Below, in pieces: positions 39,701 through 52,219 of a stretch of 64,000 nt of DNA (position 1 is its first letter; each line of letters begins with the position of its first letter). Both the position numbers and the translations under genes were made by a program. Below the pieces are notes generated by a model, which had not been told where the DNA came from, did no database searches, and worked only from the letters and a program-made list of their open reading frames with translations. This stretch comes from Haplodiscus bocki. Taxonomy: Eukaryota. The stretch is from the NCBI GenBank assembly GCA_965655095.1, contig OZ296650.1, positions 14,260,001 through 14,324,000 on the forward strand, written 5' to 3'.

Positions 39701-41768
39701 ATATCAATTCAAAGTGTTGTTCCGTAATGATTCAGATCGAAGAACCATTATGGATTGATAATTAACTGAATTAGTCAATAAGTTTTTTGAAAGTACAAGT
39801 TCAACAAACTAATTGAAATAACCAGTTCAGCTGAACTCCGAGTGGACCACAGACCGAAACACGCCTACTGCTGCATCCCGAAACTATTGCATTGTAATTG
39901 CCTTCGAACTTATTGCAGCAGCGAAAGCTAAAAAGGCCTTGCGAAAGTTTGCATCGGTTTCGACATCTCAAAAGCTTTCGACACAGAGAAAAGGGAAAAA
40001 CTCCAGGAGCTGTTAACAGCCAGAGGTGTGGACACTGGTAACGTCACGCTCTTGAAACAATTACTGGAGAACACCGCGCTCAACGTTAAATCTGGAAAAA
40101 TCATCAGAAGTACTTTTCAAACAGAACATTTGCGTCCCCCATGGGAAGGGCCTGTCACCCAAACCCCAGACTTTATCTAGAGGAAGCGTAGAAAGAAATA
40201 GAAGATGAAATCTGTAGCGGGATGGACCATAATCAATCTGGATGAAACTCAGCTCCTCCTGGTCACGATCAGGATTACAGAAAATCAAACTCCGCCACTC
40301 CTATCCGATCTTGAATAAGCAGACGATGTAGATTCACTTTTGCAATGATGAGGCTGACGTCAAACTAACCACTAACACAGTCGAAAAGGTCCTCCTGAAG
40401 TTCAACTTGTTCTTCAGCCGAACGAAAGCCGAATTTATTATCCACGAAGGTAGATCTGAAAAAAGTCAAAACGTTGGGTACCATTTTTGACGAGCCGCAA
40501 GAATCCAGCCCAAGACGACAGCTGGCCTCAATGGTTATGATAAAATCTCTCAAAAAAGATATGGCGAAACAGATTTATCAGTTCCAAAAGGAAGAATATG
40601 ATTTATAACACTTATGTTTGAGCAATCCTCTCATATAACTGTTCAACATGGTGCCTGGATAAGACTTTGATTGATAAAAATTGACGTCTTTCACAGAAGC
40701 ACCCCCACCCGAGACATACTCCATCACCACCCATTTGAAACCCGGGAAATATGTCCGGGCCTACTATATCGGGTACTTACGGGAACTATCTGGGTAACAG
40801 TCTGTTCCAAAACGGGTTTACGAGGGCCACGGCCAGACGTTTGTGACTCCACAAACAGCTGCTTGCTCTGATCTTTGAACTGACTTCTAAGATATGCGTC
40901 AGTGTCCCTAGTAGGGTTAAGTCTTGGAATCTTTCATCAACCGTAGACTATGCTTGCTCAGTGATGTCAGAAAAGAAACATCGTTCAGGTCTTTGTTTTT
41001 TTTGTTAAGTACTTCGTAATTTAAAAAATGGCAGAGTATATTAATTTCTGCAAGATTTGAAATTTGAATGTTTCGAGTTGAGTCGATTGCCCCCTTTTTT
41101 TTGAAGTGTCACGGCCCAAAGGTTGAAAAACTGAAAATTGTTTCTGTGGCCAATGGCGCGTACGCTTATATACTACTTTTCAACGCAGTAAATCGGCAGG
41201 AGTGAGATTTGAACGCCAGTGCTCTAAAGAGGAAAAAACATGTTGAACAACTCTATCACGAAACTGTTAACAGTACAAATGTTGGAGAAGGTTATGACAA
41301 CAAACTTTTGCTGTTTGATCTGTCGGGATCGTGGTGGATAAAACAAGTGTTGTTTTTTTTATTTGATGCCATAAAACAGCTGACTGTAAAAATGGTTGGG
41401 ATGTGTGAGTACCTGTCCGCAGTTTTAGAGCTCAATTCTTGTTGCACATTGAAACCGAAAACAATCTGGAAGGACACATTCTAGGGAAGCTGAAATTGCG
41501 GGAAGATTTAGTTTCTTGCATTGTTCAGCTTAAACGGGATGATAATTCGGGAGGAAACACCAGAAATGCCATGTGTTGTTTGGTTTGAAAATATCGGCGT
41601 TGTTCGGATGGCTTTTGCACTTTTTCTGTCGATAAACCAAATACCTCATGAGTTATCTGATTAGAGTAGTCTACTGTTAGCCACTGTGGAGCAACTTATT
41701 AAATACTGTCTTTTCAGGAATATGATTAATTCCGTGGCGGCCCCCTAATCTTTTCCCCTCAACGACAA

Positions 41769-41981
41769 ATGGTCCATATTCTTGGCGCTTCATCACTCTC
41801 CCGAGTCATCGAAAAAATTGACTACAACTCCAAGCGAACCCTGAAGAAAACAATAACAGCAATCCCTGGTCTTTCGTTCAATCAGAACAACAAAAACGAC
41901 CTCAAGGTTATTCCCACCTTGCTGTCAAAAGGAAGATTGTCAAAGATTTCCAAGAAGGAAATCGTCCCGTTTTCCTCGTGA
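41769..41981 (+). pseudogene. ORF0, N-terminal third of an SGNH-hydrolase-like protein
   Basis: MVHILGASSL...AIPGLSFN...KEIV aligns with MVFTLIGASSL...AEGGLSFN...LVIWHD of ORF0 at 47517, and breaks off just before the WHD motif. Confidence 0.75.
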
Positions 41982-42102
41982 CTCCTGAGATTTAATTATC
42001 TCGGACGTTGCTTGGGACGCGAGAAACGTCTACAGCTTTCGAAACTTTGTTCTCCTGATTTCCTCGTGACTCCTGAGATTTAATTATCTCGGACGTTGCT
42101 TG
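41971..42102 (+). repeat. Two identical 44-bp hairpin-containing direct repeats between ORF0 and ORF1
   Basis: tttcctcgtgactcctgagatttaattatctcggacgttgcttg at 41971-42014 and 42059-42102. Confidence 0.95.
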
Positions 42103-42121
42103 ATGGCTGGGAGCTCAAAGA

Positions 42122-43034
42122 ATGAGTCCATCAGAACCCCGCAAACGTGGCACGACCACATGCAAAACTTGCGATGAGAAAGCATCTTCAACACAACGCT
42201 TTTGGTGCTTCTCGTGTGGTGTGGTACTCCACATGACGCCAGAATGTACTGGTTTCTCAGCTTCAGTTGTCAAAAGTTTTCAAGAAGTGACACGAAACGT
42301 GCTCCTGCTTTGCAATTTGTGCGCTGAAAATTAACGCGAAACGCTGATTCAAGACGTCTGCGCCTCGAGAATGAACCGCCTCGAAGAAGAAAACAACCAC
42401 AAACTGCAAGCAATACAGGACAAACTCGACGAGTACAAAATGAACATCAGCGACACGTACGCATCTGTTGTGGCTCTGAAAAAAAAAAGAAACTAAAAAC
42501 ATTGCCTTGAAGCTAGAACAGCCTGTTCAAGTGAAAGCATTTGAGTCAAAAGTTGCAGAACCCAGAGGCTTCCGACTACGAGGCATTCCTGAAATGTCTG
42601 GCATTCCTCCTGACAAAGCGTTCAAGAAAGACACGGAGAAAGTAGAATCTGTCTTCGAGTTCCTTGCCGGAAAGAAGTGCAATATCAAAAGCCTAAAAAG
42701 AGTTGGCCAATTCAAAGACCTCAGTCCCAAACCACGGACGCTGATAGTACAGGTCGATAACGAAGCGTGTCGTACACTTCTGTTGAAGGCCTCACGAGAA
42801 CTGAAGAATTAGCGAGAATTGTCGGGACCAGTGTTTCTCTCGAAGGAGCTTACAATCGAAGAACTAAAAACTGAAAACGAATCACTGCGAATGAGGAAAA
42901 TGAAAATCGATCATGGAGTTCCTAGGGAGCAGCTTCGTATCCGAAATTTCAAACTTGAGATGCAAAATGACCAAGGGATTTGGGAAGAGGTTTACGACAA
43001 CGTGGCGGACAGTGCTGAAGCACCGTCGGCCTGA
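42122..43034 (+). pseudogene. LINE ORF1 (PHD finger, coiled coil, RRM-like domain), disrupted
   Basis: CKTC..CFSC...H...C...CNLC PHD pattern, GFRLRGIPE and KRVGQF..KPRTLIV. In-frame stops at 42332 and 42810 and a frameshift at the A-run near 42480. Confidence 0.85.
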
Positions 43035-43055
43035 CTACCTAACCACAATCACGAA

Positions 43056-45916
43056 ATGCAAGTACACCTACTGATGTGGAATGTTAGAAGTATGCTCGAT
43101 TTGAATCGACGAACAGCTTTATCAAATGCACTTGCCTTGCAACAATTCCACATCATTAGCCTGTGCGAAACTTGGCTAGTAGACACAATACCGAACAGTG
43201 GCCTTTTTCTTGAAAACCGGTCAATATTCCGTCGTGATCGACAACCTAAGCGAACCGGGAAATCGAGTCACGGTGGCGTACTAATCGCCGTCGACAGCTC
43301 GATACCCTGCAAAAAAATTACCGAGTTCAACGTTTTTGAAGACGTTGTGGCATTGTCTGCCATTTTTGTTCAGGTCATCTTTTAGTTTTATCGGTTTACT
43401 GTCCCCCTGAAAATAGTCCTTATCGATGGGCTAGCAGTAAATTTACCCACTTACTGCAAGAAATTGACAAGGTTCAACAACAAGACTACATAACAGAAAC
43501 CATCGTCACTGGAGACATCAACTTCCCGTTAACTGATTGGAACAGTTTCTCAAGCACGAGTGACTACGAAGACTCCATTGCTGGAATGTTCGTGAACAGC
43601 GGCTTCGAACAAATTGTTAGGAAAACAACAAGCGGCTCACTTGATCTTTGCCTGCTGAATATTCCAGAAAAAGTAGTTCGATGGTTTAGCAATACCTTTT
43701 TAATCAAAAGTTCCTTTCTTAATGGACACTTTCGCTCTGATCATGACCCTTTCTGTTTTCTTCAATATGCAAACGCCTTCCGTTAAAACAACCCAGACTC
43801 ACGCCTTTTCCTACTCAAGAGTGGATTTCAACAAGGTCAACAATTACATCATTGAAAACCCTTCTCACCATACTGCTATAGTAATTGCGACAAACTTTTG
43901 GAAACGTGGTATGAGTGGCTTCATGAAATCATGCTTGCAACAATTCCCATTGCAACAATCATAGAAGCAATCTCCCAATCTGGGTCACATCGCCAACATC
44001 TTGCATCATCAGAAAACTGAAGTCTCTACAACGCAAATAGACTTCTGAACCATCGCCTGCACTACGAAACAAAGTTAGAAGTCTAGAAGACCTGGTGGCA
44101 TCAAAGATCAACGAAGATCTCATGCTATACGAAGAAAGTATTTTCAAATCTCGACAATTTAGCACGATCCAAAGATACCTACGCTATATTCGTCGGCCTG
44201 ATCCCATACCGACCGAAATTTGCCATGAAAACTCAACAGCTAACGCGGACGAAGAGAAGAGCGTTCTTTTTAATACTTTCTTCTGTAGTGTTTTTTTTCG
44301 AAATCTAACGACCATGAAGATGAATGTACTGCTGAAATCACCGAAATACTTGCGATATTGGAAGACCAATCGATAGAACCAAACTCCTCAAATGACAACA
44401 TTAAAAATCTACTTCAAAACCTCAACCCCCAAAAAACCTGTGGACCGGACAATCTGCCGAACATTATGCTCAACAAATGTTCTGAATCTCTAGCAAATTC
44501 TCTATCCGTTATCTTTAGAACTTTCTATGATAAACGATGCTTTCCCACCTTCTGGAAAAACTCCAATTTTTGAAGATACGGATCGATCACTGGTAAAGAA
44601 ATATAGACCAATATCACTCCTCTGTAACATATCCAAAGTTTGGGAGAAAATGATCGAGAAAACCATTGCTGAAATCTTTCTTCCGAAAGTTGACCCTTGT
44701 CAGTACGGTTTTGTTCCGAAGCGTTCCACCCTCTTGCAACTCCTAGCGTACCCAGATGAAATTTACAGAACCCTGGACTCTCAGGCAAAATTCCTTGCAA
44801 AGCTGTACATTGACTTTGCCAAAGCTTTTGACAAGCTGGACCATAAACGCATCCTGGAAGCTCTACACTCAACTGGAATTCCAAATAAGACAGTTGACAT
44901 TGTGAGAAGTTATCTGGACAATCGAATGCAACGTGTGAAAGTTGGAACAAAGAATCACCGGAATTACCAGTAACAAGTGGAGTCCCACAAGGATCAATTT
45001 TGGGCCCACTCCTCTTCCTTGTTTTCGTGAACAGTCTGCCAAAAGTCGTTACCACCAGTAGCATCTACATATTCGCCGATGACACCAAAATCATGTCTTC
45101 CAACCCGATGGAACTACAAGAAGATTTAGATCGATTTGTCCACTAGTGCGACCAGAACAAAATGGAAATCAATGTTGAAAAAACCCGTTTGATGATGTTC
45201 CGCGGCGATGACTCTCAAAAATTCAGAATGAAGAACGTAAACCTCCAAACATCTCCATTCGAGCGAGACCTCGGCGTCGTATTTTCGGAAGACCTATCGT
45301 GGGTTGAACAAACAACGATTAGATGCAACAAAACCTATCGAGCCTTTTTCAATCTAAAAAGGAACACCTCACCACTGAATTCGTTGTGTTCACGCCTAAA
45401 TATGTATTGTGGGTATGTCGTACCAATTTTGACCCACTGTTCTCCAGTCTGGCATACAAACAGGACATCCATGAAAGAACTGGTACAGAAGAGAGTAACG
45501 AGATGGATTTCCAGAACGTCTCAAGTAGACTACAAAACCCGCTTGATCCAACTGAAGCTGTTACCAAATAATTTATACATCGAAATGCACGATTTACTAA
45601 ATTCTGTAAAATAGTAGCTGATCAATACAACTTCGACTGGAAAAGGCACATCACCCCTATTGAAAAAAGCTGCCTGAGAACAACATCATCCCCGTTTTAT
45701 CTACCAAAAATAAGGAGGAGCAAAAGCAAAGACAATTTTTGGTACAGAACTCTTCAACTTCCCCGAAGACTATCGAGAACTGTAAATTTACAAGAACTGT
45801 GCTACCTGAAAGAAGGTATCCAAGATTATTACTGGAAGTTCTTCATCAACAACTTTTGTGAAGAAAACATGTGCTCATGGCGAATGAACTGTCAATGTCG
45901 AACCTGCTCGCCATGA
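43056..45916 (+). pseudogene. LINE ORF2 (apurinic endonuclease and reverse transcriptase), disrupted
   Basis: WNVRS, LCETWL, HGGVLIAV, TGDIN, SDH; [37 protein letters not shown]; C-terminal CSWRMNCQCRTC. Confidence 0.95.
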
Positions 45917-46129
45917 AGTAACTGGTATTTGCGTGGGCTCAATACCCTTCCGTTGGAGAAACCAATTATTATTATTATTATTATTCATTTACTTTCGCCA
46001 AAGCGGCAGCGTGTCAGCGACTGTCCGTTTGCCGAACCACGACTGTCAAGTTTCCGCCCACCACTAAGATTTAACGTCTGTGACTCTGATTTCAAGACAT
46101 GTTAGCAAATGAGAAAATAGACGGCGAGC

Positions 46130-46530
46130 AATCAGGCTATACTATGCCCTACCAAAGTGAAATACGTTGAGAGGTTTGATGCTCGCCAGTCTTGAGTACA
46201 AAAGTAATCAACATTTTACACAGATTATAAGTGCTAAGGAACTGATGGAATTTTCACAACATACCATTGAGAAATCAGTGGAAACTCATTTGAACCCAAA
46301 GCTACAATCTAGAACCCGTGTGAGATAAAAATCATCATCGCTGCTATAAACGCTTTACCTAAAGCTGTTTTGCATAGCGACAATGTCAACACATTTAAGA
46401 CGAGGCAAGATAAACCTGAGAAGAAAAAGATATACACTACAAACTATTCAGAATGATGTCGAAGTCCAGGAAGGCAGGAGTTGATTGACACAGGCGAGGC
46501 GGCCTGTAGACGGGGAATCGACTTGTGTAG
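46130..46530 (+). mobile_element. Short 3' fragment of a CR1-clade LINE
   Basis: Translates as INALPKAVLHSDNVNTFKTRQDK, matching the CR1 ORF2 end (WNNLP..VNTTTFKSRLDK in the 52.1-kb copy). Confidence 0.65.
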
Positions 46531-46599
46531 AATTTGAAAATTCGCAGAATTATTCGAAGTTCACGCCTTACAAAAAAATCGAATTAGTCGTATCAAAAT

Positions 46600-47367
46600 A
46601 AAAAAATTTCTGCTCCCCTGTTCGTTGGTCGCAATAATGTCTGGAGACATGATTGCCACCAAAAATCTGTCCAATAATTGAAAAACTGCAAATGGCATGG
46701 AAAAGCACTCTTCTTCCTCCAATGTGCTCCAACAAATCAAGGTCAAACTAACCGAGAAACTGGTTCAGATAGCCTTTAAAAAAGACCTCCGTAGCTCTGC
46801 ATCGGAATTGTTTATGAACAAAACTTGTTGTAAAATCCAAAAGTACCTTGCAATCATGACCAAAGGTAGTCATTTGCTACCTGAAAAAAAAAACAGAATG
46901 GGGTCCGAAAAAGCCGCCTCTTGAAGGAATACATCTATATTTTTTAATCAGTTCTTTGCTGGCGTCTATTGAGAGAAAACCTCTGACCCGTTAAAATTTG
47001 AGCGTATTGGGTCAACTCCAACATCACCTCCATTCGAAGCGCTGAAGAGAATCTTATTTAGCTGGAACTAAGTAACGCAAATAGTCTTGATCGACTTGGC
47101 AAAATTGTTCTCCGAAACTACGCGAAATCATTGACAAAGTCCATACAGCTCAAAATTAAACAGCGATAAGGAAAAGACCTATCCTCAGAGTTTACGAAAA
47201 CAGCAAGGTTACGCCCCTTCACAGAGAAGATAGAAGCAAGATAGACAGAAATCAGCAATGAAAACTTTTTGTTGCTTTTCAAACTGCTTGCCAAGCTACA
47301 AAGTCTTAAAAAGAACAGATCGGCAACTATACTGCTTTGACTCTACATCAACCAAATATGCCATAAG
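46600..47367 (+). pseudogene. Old LINE ORF2 fragment, left part (insertion target of LINE B)
   Basis: KIQKYL..IFFNQFFAGVY resembles LINE A IQRYL..LFNTFFCSVF. It ends KNRSATILL*LYINQICHK at 47367. Confidence 0.7.
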
Positions 47368-47516
47368 CCTAATTGTTGTGATAAACTTATTAAATAGATT
47401 TTTCCCTTCCTTTTTCACCGCGTTGTTTGTTTATAGATAAATTGCGCGCTAGAGCCTGGACTTATTCTTCTATCCCAAGTCCCGTCGCTCTAGCCGTAGA
47501 CGGGTGAAGTCTGCTT

Positions 47517-48129
47517 ATGGTGTTTACACTGATTGGTGCCAGCTCTTTGAGAAACTGCAAGACAGCTTTTCGATCAGAGACTCTTTTCAGTCGCATCGAC
47601 GCCGAGGGAGGCCTTTCCTTCAACCCTCGAAGCAAGTGCAAACTTGCCCAAGAGTGGCTCCAAGGAGAACTTACTGGAGCAAGTGGATTGGTTATCTGGC
47701 ACGACGCTGTCAATAATACAATCAACAGCCACGAAAAAAAACGACTTCCAACCGTGTCCCATTGTAGAGTTTATCCAAACCTTAGTATCGCTGAGATCAC
47801 GCATCACAGCAATAGTTTACATACAACGAAACGACACTGATAACGTGTTGACAGCACTCAAAGAAACCGGCATTGACATCATCGACATCGAATCGAAAGT
47901 TGACTTGACGGACAAAGAATTCGAATCTGACCTCCGAAAAGTCCATCCAAAAGTTACAACGGAATTGAAGGTATTGCAAGCCGTTACAGACCATATTAAA
48001 GAAGTGCTATCATCCAACATCACAGTTGCCCAACAGGTGAAGAAGAAAAAGAACAACCGGCCAAATCAGCGACAGCGACAACGCTTCCAGAAAAGAAACG
48101 CAGGTAGTCCTCTAATTCGAGGTCTCTGA
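47517..48129 (+). pseudogene. ORF0: SGNH/GDSL-hydrolase-like protein (~203 aa once a +1 in the A8 run at 47734-47741 is removed) with a basic C-terminal tail
   Basis: IGASSL (block I-like Ser), GGLSF (block II-like), IWHDAVNN (block III-like), KVHP (block V-like His) and tail KKKKNNRPNQRQRQRFQKR. The fold assignment is by motif order only. Confidence 0.7.
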
Positions 48130-48250
48130 TCTCCTCAGTGCCTCGAGAGAAGGATCTCTGTTGGCGCGAACTTGCTCAGTGCCTCGGGTCTGATCTCTGT
48201 TGGCACGCGCTTGCTCAGTGCCTCGGGTTCCTGATCTCTGTTGGCGCGAG
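48121..48250 (+). repeat. About 3 tandem 39-41-bp monomers between ORF0 and ORF1
   Basis: ctcagtgcctcg at 48134, 48175 and 48214; gatctctgttggc at 48153, 48192 and 48233. Confidence 0.95.
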
Positions 48251-48285
48251 AAGAATCTCCTAGCAATTCTGACCTCCGCCATAAT

Positions 48286-49316
48286 ATGCCGAACATCATG
48301 AGTCATAACCACAATACGAGATTGACTTCGACCAAGTACCCTTGTGGTGCATGCGCAGGTGAATGTAAAGACGGCTCGGTAGCATGTATTCTGTGCAATT
48401 CATGGTACGACGCAGGTAACTGCTCAGGATTACCATCAAGCATCTTGATGGCCATGTCAAAAACCTCTGGACTGGTGTGGCTGTGCAAATCTTGCGAAAC
48501 GAAGGGTATGGAACGGTTGTTGAAAGACGAGAAGCAAATTGACGCTAAGGCGCAGGAAACGATTGTTGCAAAGGTCATGGAAGACAAACTCGATGAGATT
48601 AGAGACACCAACACGAAGCTGATAAACTGTCACTTTTCCAACAAAACCTTGAAGCTAAACTTGAAAACTTACTTTCAGAAGACCGAAAAAGCGCACAGAG
48701 CTGGTCCGAAGTTACCCAACGGAATGCTCCCTTGGTGAAAGGTTTGGGAACCATCATGAAAGAGACGATTGAGAACGAAAGACTGGAACAAGCAGATCAA
48801 GAAAAACGGGAAAAAAACGTCATCCTTCATCGACAACCTGAGAGTGACAAATCGGAGGCCAGTGCGAGAGCTGGAGATGACATCAAGTTTTTCAAACAGC
48901 TCACCGAAGACGTACTAGGTATTGGTGACCTCAAACCAACAAAAGCAATCAGACTTGGAGCAAAGAAAACATCAAAGGACAGCGACGGTACTACTGCAGA
49001 ACGAGTGAGTTCAAGACCACTGAAGATTGTATTGCCTTCCAAGGAGGATCGGGACTTACTTTTCAGAAATTTGAGAAAGTTGAGAGCAGCAGACAAATCA
49101 TTCGCTTCAATCAGCGTTTCATACGACCTCTCGCAAGATCTGAGGAAGCAGATCAAGTTGAAAATTGAGGAGGCCATAAACAAAGATGGAGAAAATGCAA
49201 AAAACTACATGTACAGAATGAGAGGACCTCCGAACAGACTAGAGGTACAGAAACTGAAGCGGAAAGTGAAACTGTCAGCGAAGAGCCTAGACGATGCCTT
49301 CGTCGACAATCCTTGA
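48286..49316 (+). pseudogene. LINE ORF1 (PHD finger, coiled coil, RRM-like domain), one frameshift at ~48620
   Basis: CGAC..CILCNSWYD..C..WLCKSC (Asp at the PHD His position), REKNVIL, AIRLG..RPLKI and ISVSYDLS. Confidence 0.88.
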
Positions 49317-52175
49317 AGTTTCTTTTTTCCAATACTGATGCGATGACAAACAAAAAGGAGGAAATCAGTGCAAGGCTAGTAAGTGAGAAGCCGGATCTTT
49401 TCGGCCAGATGGAAATAAAACCAAAAAAGCATGGCTTTGTGTTGGAGGAAGCAGATATCGCTTTTGAAGGATATGACGCATTCTACAGCAAACAAATTAA
49501 CAACAAGGAACATCGAGGTACAATAGTATACGTTAGGCAGGATATTGGGCTTCAGTCTAGTCGAGTTGATATCAACGGATGCCCAGAAGACACTATTCTT
49601 GTTCAACTTTGTAACGGAAAAAAAGAAAAAATCTTGTTCGGGTGCGTCTATCGTCACTGGAATTCAGATACCCAAGAGCAACAGGCCTTAATGAACACTC
49701 TTAGAGCTGTATCACACATGAATTTCACGCACGAAGTTATTGTAGGAGATTTCAACCTCCCGAAAATTGATTGGTCCTTGAACTGGACACCGCTTAGTGA
49801 GAACAGTAACGAGCACTCATTCACTGAATTGGTAAGGGACTGCTTCTGGCACCAACACGTCCACTTTGCAACAAGAGGCAGAGGATCTGATGACCCTAGC
49901 ATTCTTGATCTTGTCTTCACGGATGCAGATACAGAGGTCGACGACATGCAGTGCCAAGCTCCTTTTGGAAAGAGTGAACATTCGGTGATTTCTTTAGAAC
50001 TCTCCCAGGTGGAAAGAACACGCTGCAAAAAAAGGAACAAGATGGAAGTATGCTAAGGGAGACTACGAAAGCATGCGCGAGGTACTGTCAAACAACCACT
50101 GGGTTGATGTACTCTCTACTGCCCCAAGTGTCAACGAAGCATGGAATCTTGTAAAAGGAAGAATCAGCGCAGCAGTAGAAAAGTTTGTGCCAAAAGCCAT
50201 TTCCGGATCCACAAAACAGTTTTCGGTTCCCTTGGATAAAGACCTCTTACAACAAATCCGAAAGAAGAACAGCCTCTGGAGAAAATACCTCAGAGTCAAA
50301 ACAAAAACAGCTTACAACGAGTTCTGCAGAGCGAGAAATTACATCCGGAGTCGAACATGGTCCAAAGCTAGAGAAATTGAAGACGAAATTGCCCGGGAAG
50401 CAAAACGAAACCCGAAGAGATTTTGGACCTTTGTGAACTCAAAAGTTAAAGCCAGAACTGGCATAAGTGACCTCGTCTTGGAAGACGGAGAGGTAGTATC
50501 CTCAGACACCAGAAAGGCTGAAGTCTTGAATACCTACTTCAGCAGTGTTTTTGTAGAAGACAAAACCCCTCCCCCGGAAATTGACGAATTTGTTGTCGAC
50601 TCATACATTGAGGAGACCCTCACAACTGAATCAGCCATCAGAAAGAAGTTGGCAGAACTAAACAGGACAAAGTCACCGGGCTTTGACGAAATCCATCCTC
50701 ATGTGCTTGCCGAACTGTCAAAAGTTTTGACTGAACCACTGCAGATCATTTTTTCAAGCACCATTGCTGAAAGCGAGCTACCCAAGGACTGGAAGGAGGC
50801 GAGGGTGACAGCACTCTTCAAGAAAGGTGACAAAAAGAAAGTGGAGAACTATCGACCGGTCAGCCTAACATGCATCGCATGTAAAGTACTAGAAAGCATT
50901 ATCAGAGATGATATCATTTCCCACATGACGTCGAACAACTTGATTTCAGATAGACAATATGGCTTCGTGAAAGGAAGATCGACGAGTCTACAATTGCTGA
51001 AAGTCTTAGAAGAGTGGACACAGATTCTTGATAGAGGAGGAGGCATTGACTGCGTTTATTGTGACTTCCAAAAAGCCTTTGATAAGGTTCCATAGAGGAG
51101 ACTGATGGCAAAGATCTTGTCATACGGAATTCGAGGAAAGTTATACCGATGGATAGAAACTTTCCTAACAAACAGGAAGCAACATGTCGCTGTCAACGGT
51201 CAAAAATCGTCCAAAAATCTAGTCTTGAGTGGAGTCCCGCAAGGAAGCGTTCTAGGGCCACTTCTTTTTGTGATCTTCATAAACGACCTACCTGCAGCTG
51301 TTGAGAATGAAGCATGGATGTTCGCAGATGATACAAAGATCTACCAAGAGGTGAACTGTAAGGAAGATGGTGAATCGCTTCAAAATGACCTCTACAGGCT
51401 TGAAGATTGGAGCAAAAAATGGCTACTGCCGTTTCATCCAAAAAGGGCAAAGATCCTAAAGTTTGGAAGAGCCAAGAAGCTTGAACGAGAGTACTACGCC
51501 GAGCGAGGGAAACTACTACCGATCTCAAGCGATAATACTGAGACGGACTTAGGAGTGACATTTGACTCAGACCTGAAATTCGAAAAACACATTGTGAATA
51601 AAGTCAATAAAGCCAATCGATTGGTTGGCCTCATCAAACGGACCTTTCAATTGGATATTTTGAAGTTCAGGTTCCTTTTCCGAGGCATTGTTAGACCGCA
51701 CCTAGAGTACGCCACTTCTGTATGGAACCCCACGTCAGTCAAACTCCAAAACCTCATCGAGAATGTGCAAAGAAGGGCTTCAAAACGTGTACATGAGTTA
51801 AAAGACCTATCTTACGAAGAGAGACTGAAAAAACTTGACATGCCAACCTTAGCATATAGACGCTTGAGAGGAGATATGATTGAAGTCTTCAAAATGCTTA
51901 CCAACAACTCTGGGTACGATCAATCTGTGACGACAAATCTGCTGACCCGTGAGGGGCACAATAGGACCAGAGGCCACGCATTGAAGCTGAAAATGAATAA
52001 AAGTCGAACTAGCCTTAGGAAGCATTTCTTCACACAGAGGGTGGTGAAAGAGTGGAACAACCTCCCTAGAGAGGTTATCGAATCAGTTAACACCACTACA
52101 TTCAAATCAAGGCTGGACAAGTGCTGGGAGAAAAGAAAATTTATGTTGAGACCAACTCAGATGACCTTGCAGTGA
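49313..52175 (+). pseudogene. CR1 ORF2 (APE endonuclease and RT), nearly intact
   Basis: VGDFN, ILDLVFT, SEH; NYRPVSLT, QYGF, DFQKAFDKVP, GVPQGSVLGP, FADDTK, RLRGDMIEVFK, TRGH, FKSRLDK. A +1 frameshift at the A-run 50027-50033 and a TAG at 51093. Confidence 0.97.
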
Positions 52176-52219
52176 GGTCCAGTAACACTTGCAGTGAAAG
52201 AAGTCACTAGCATTGGGAG

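Larger units (their letters stand above)
41680..45985 (+). mobile_element. CR1-group LINE A: truncated ORF0, PHD-ORF1, APE-RT ORF2 and (ATT)7 tail
   Basis: See component features. The 5' boundary is approximate; the 3' (att)7 tail is at 45965-45985. Confidence 0.93.

Noticed and set aside
44525-45064. Long antisense ORFs opposite LINE ORF1/ORF2 (also 48303-50299)
   Set aside because: Expected shadow ORFs of the coding strand.
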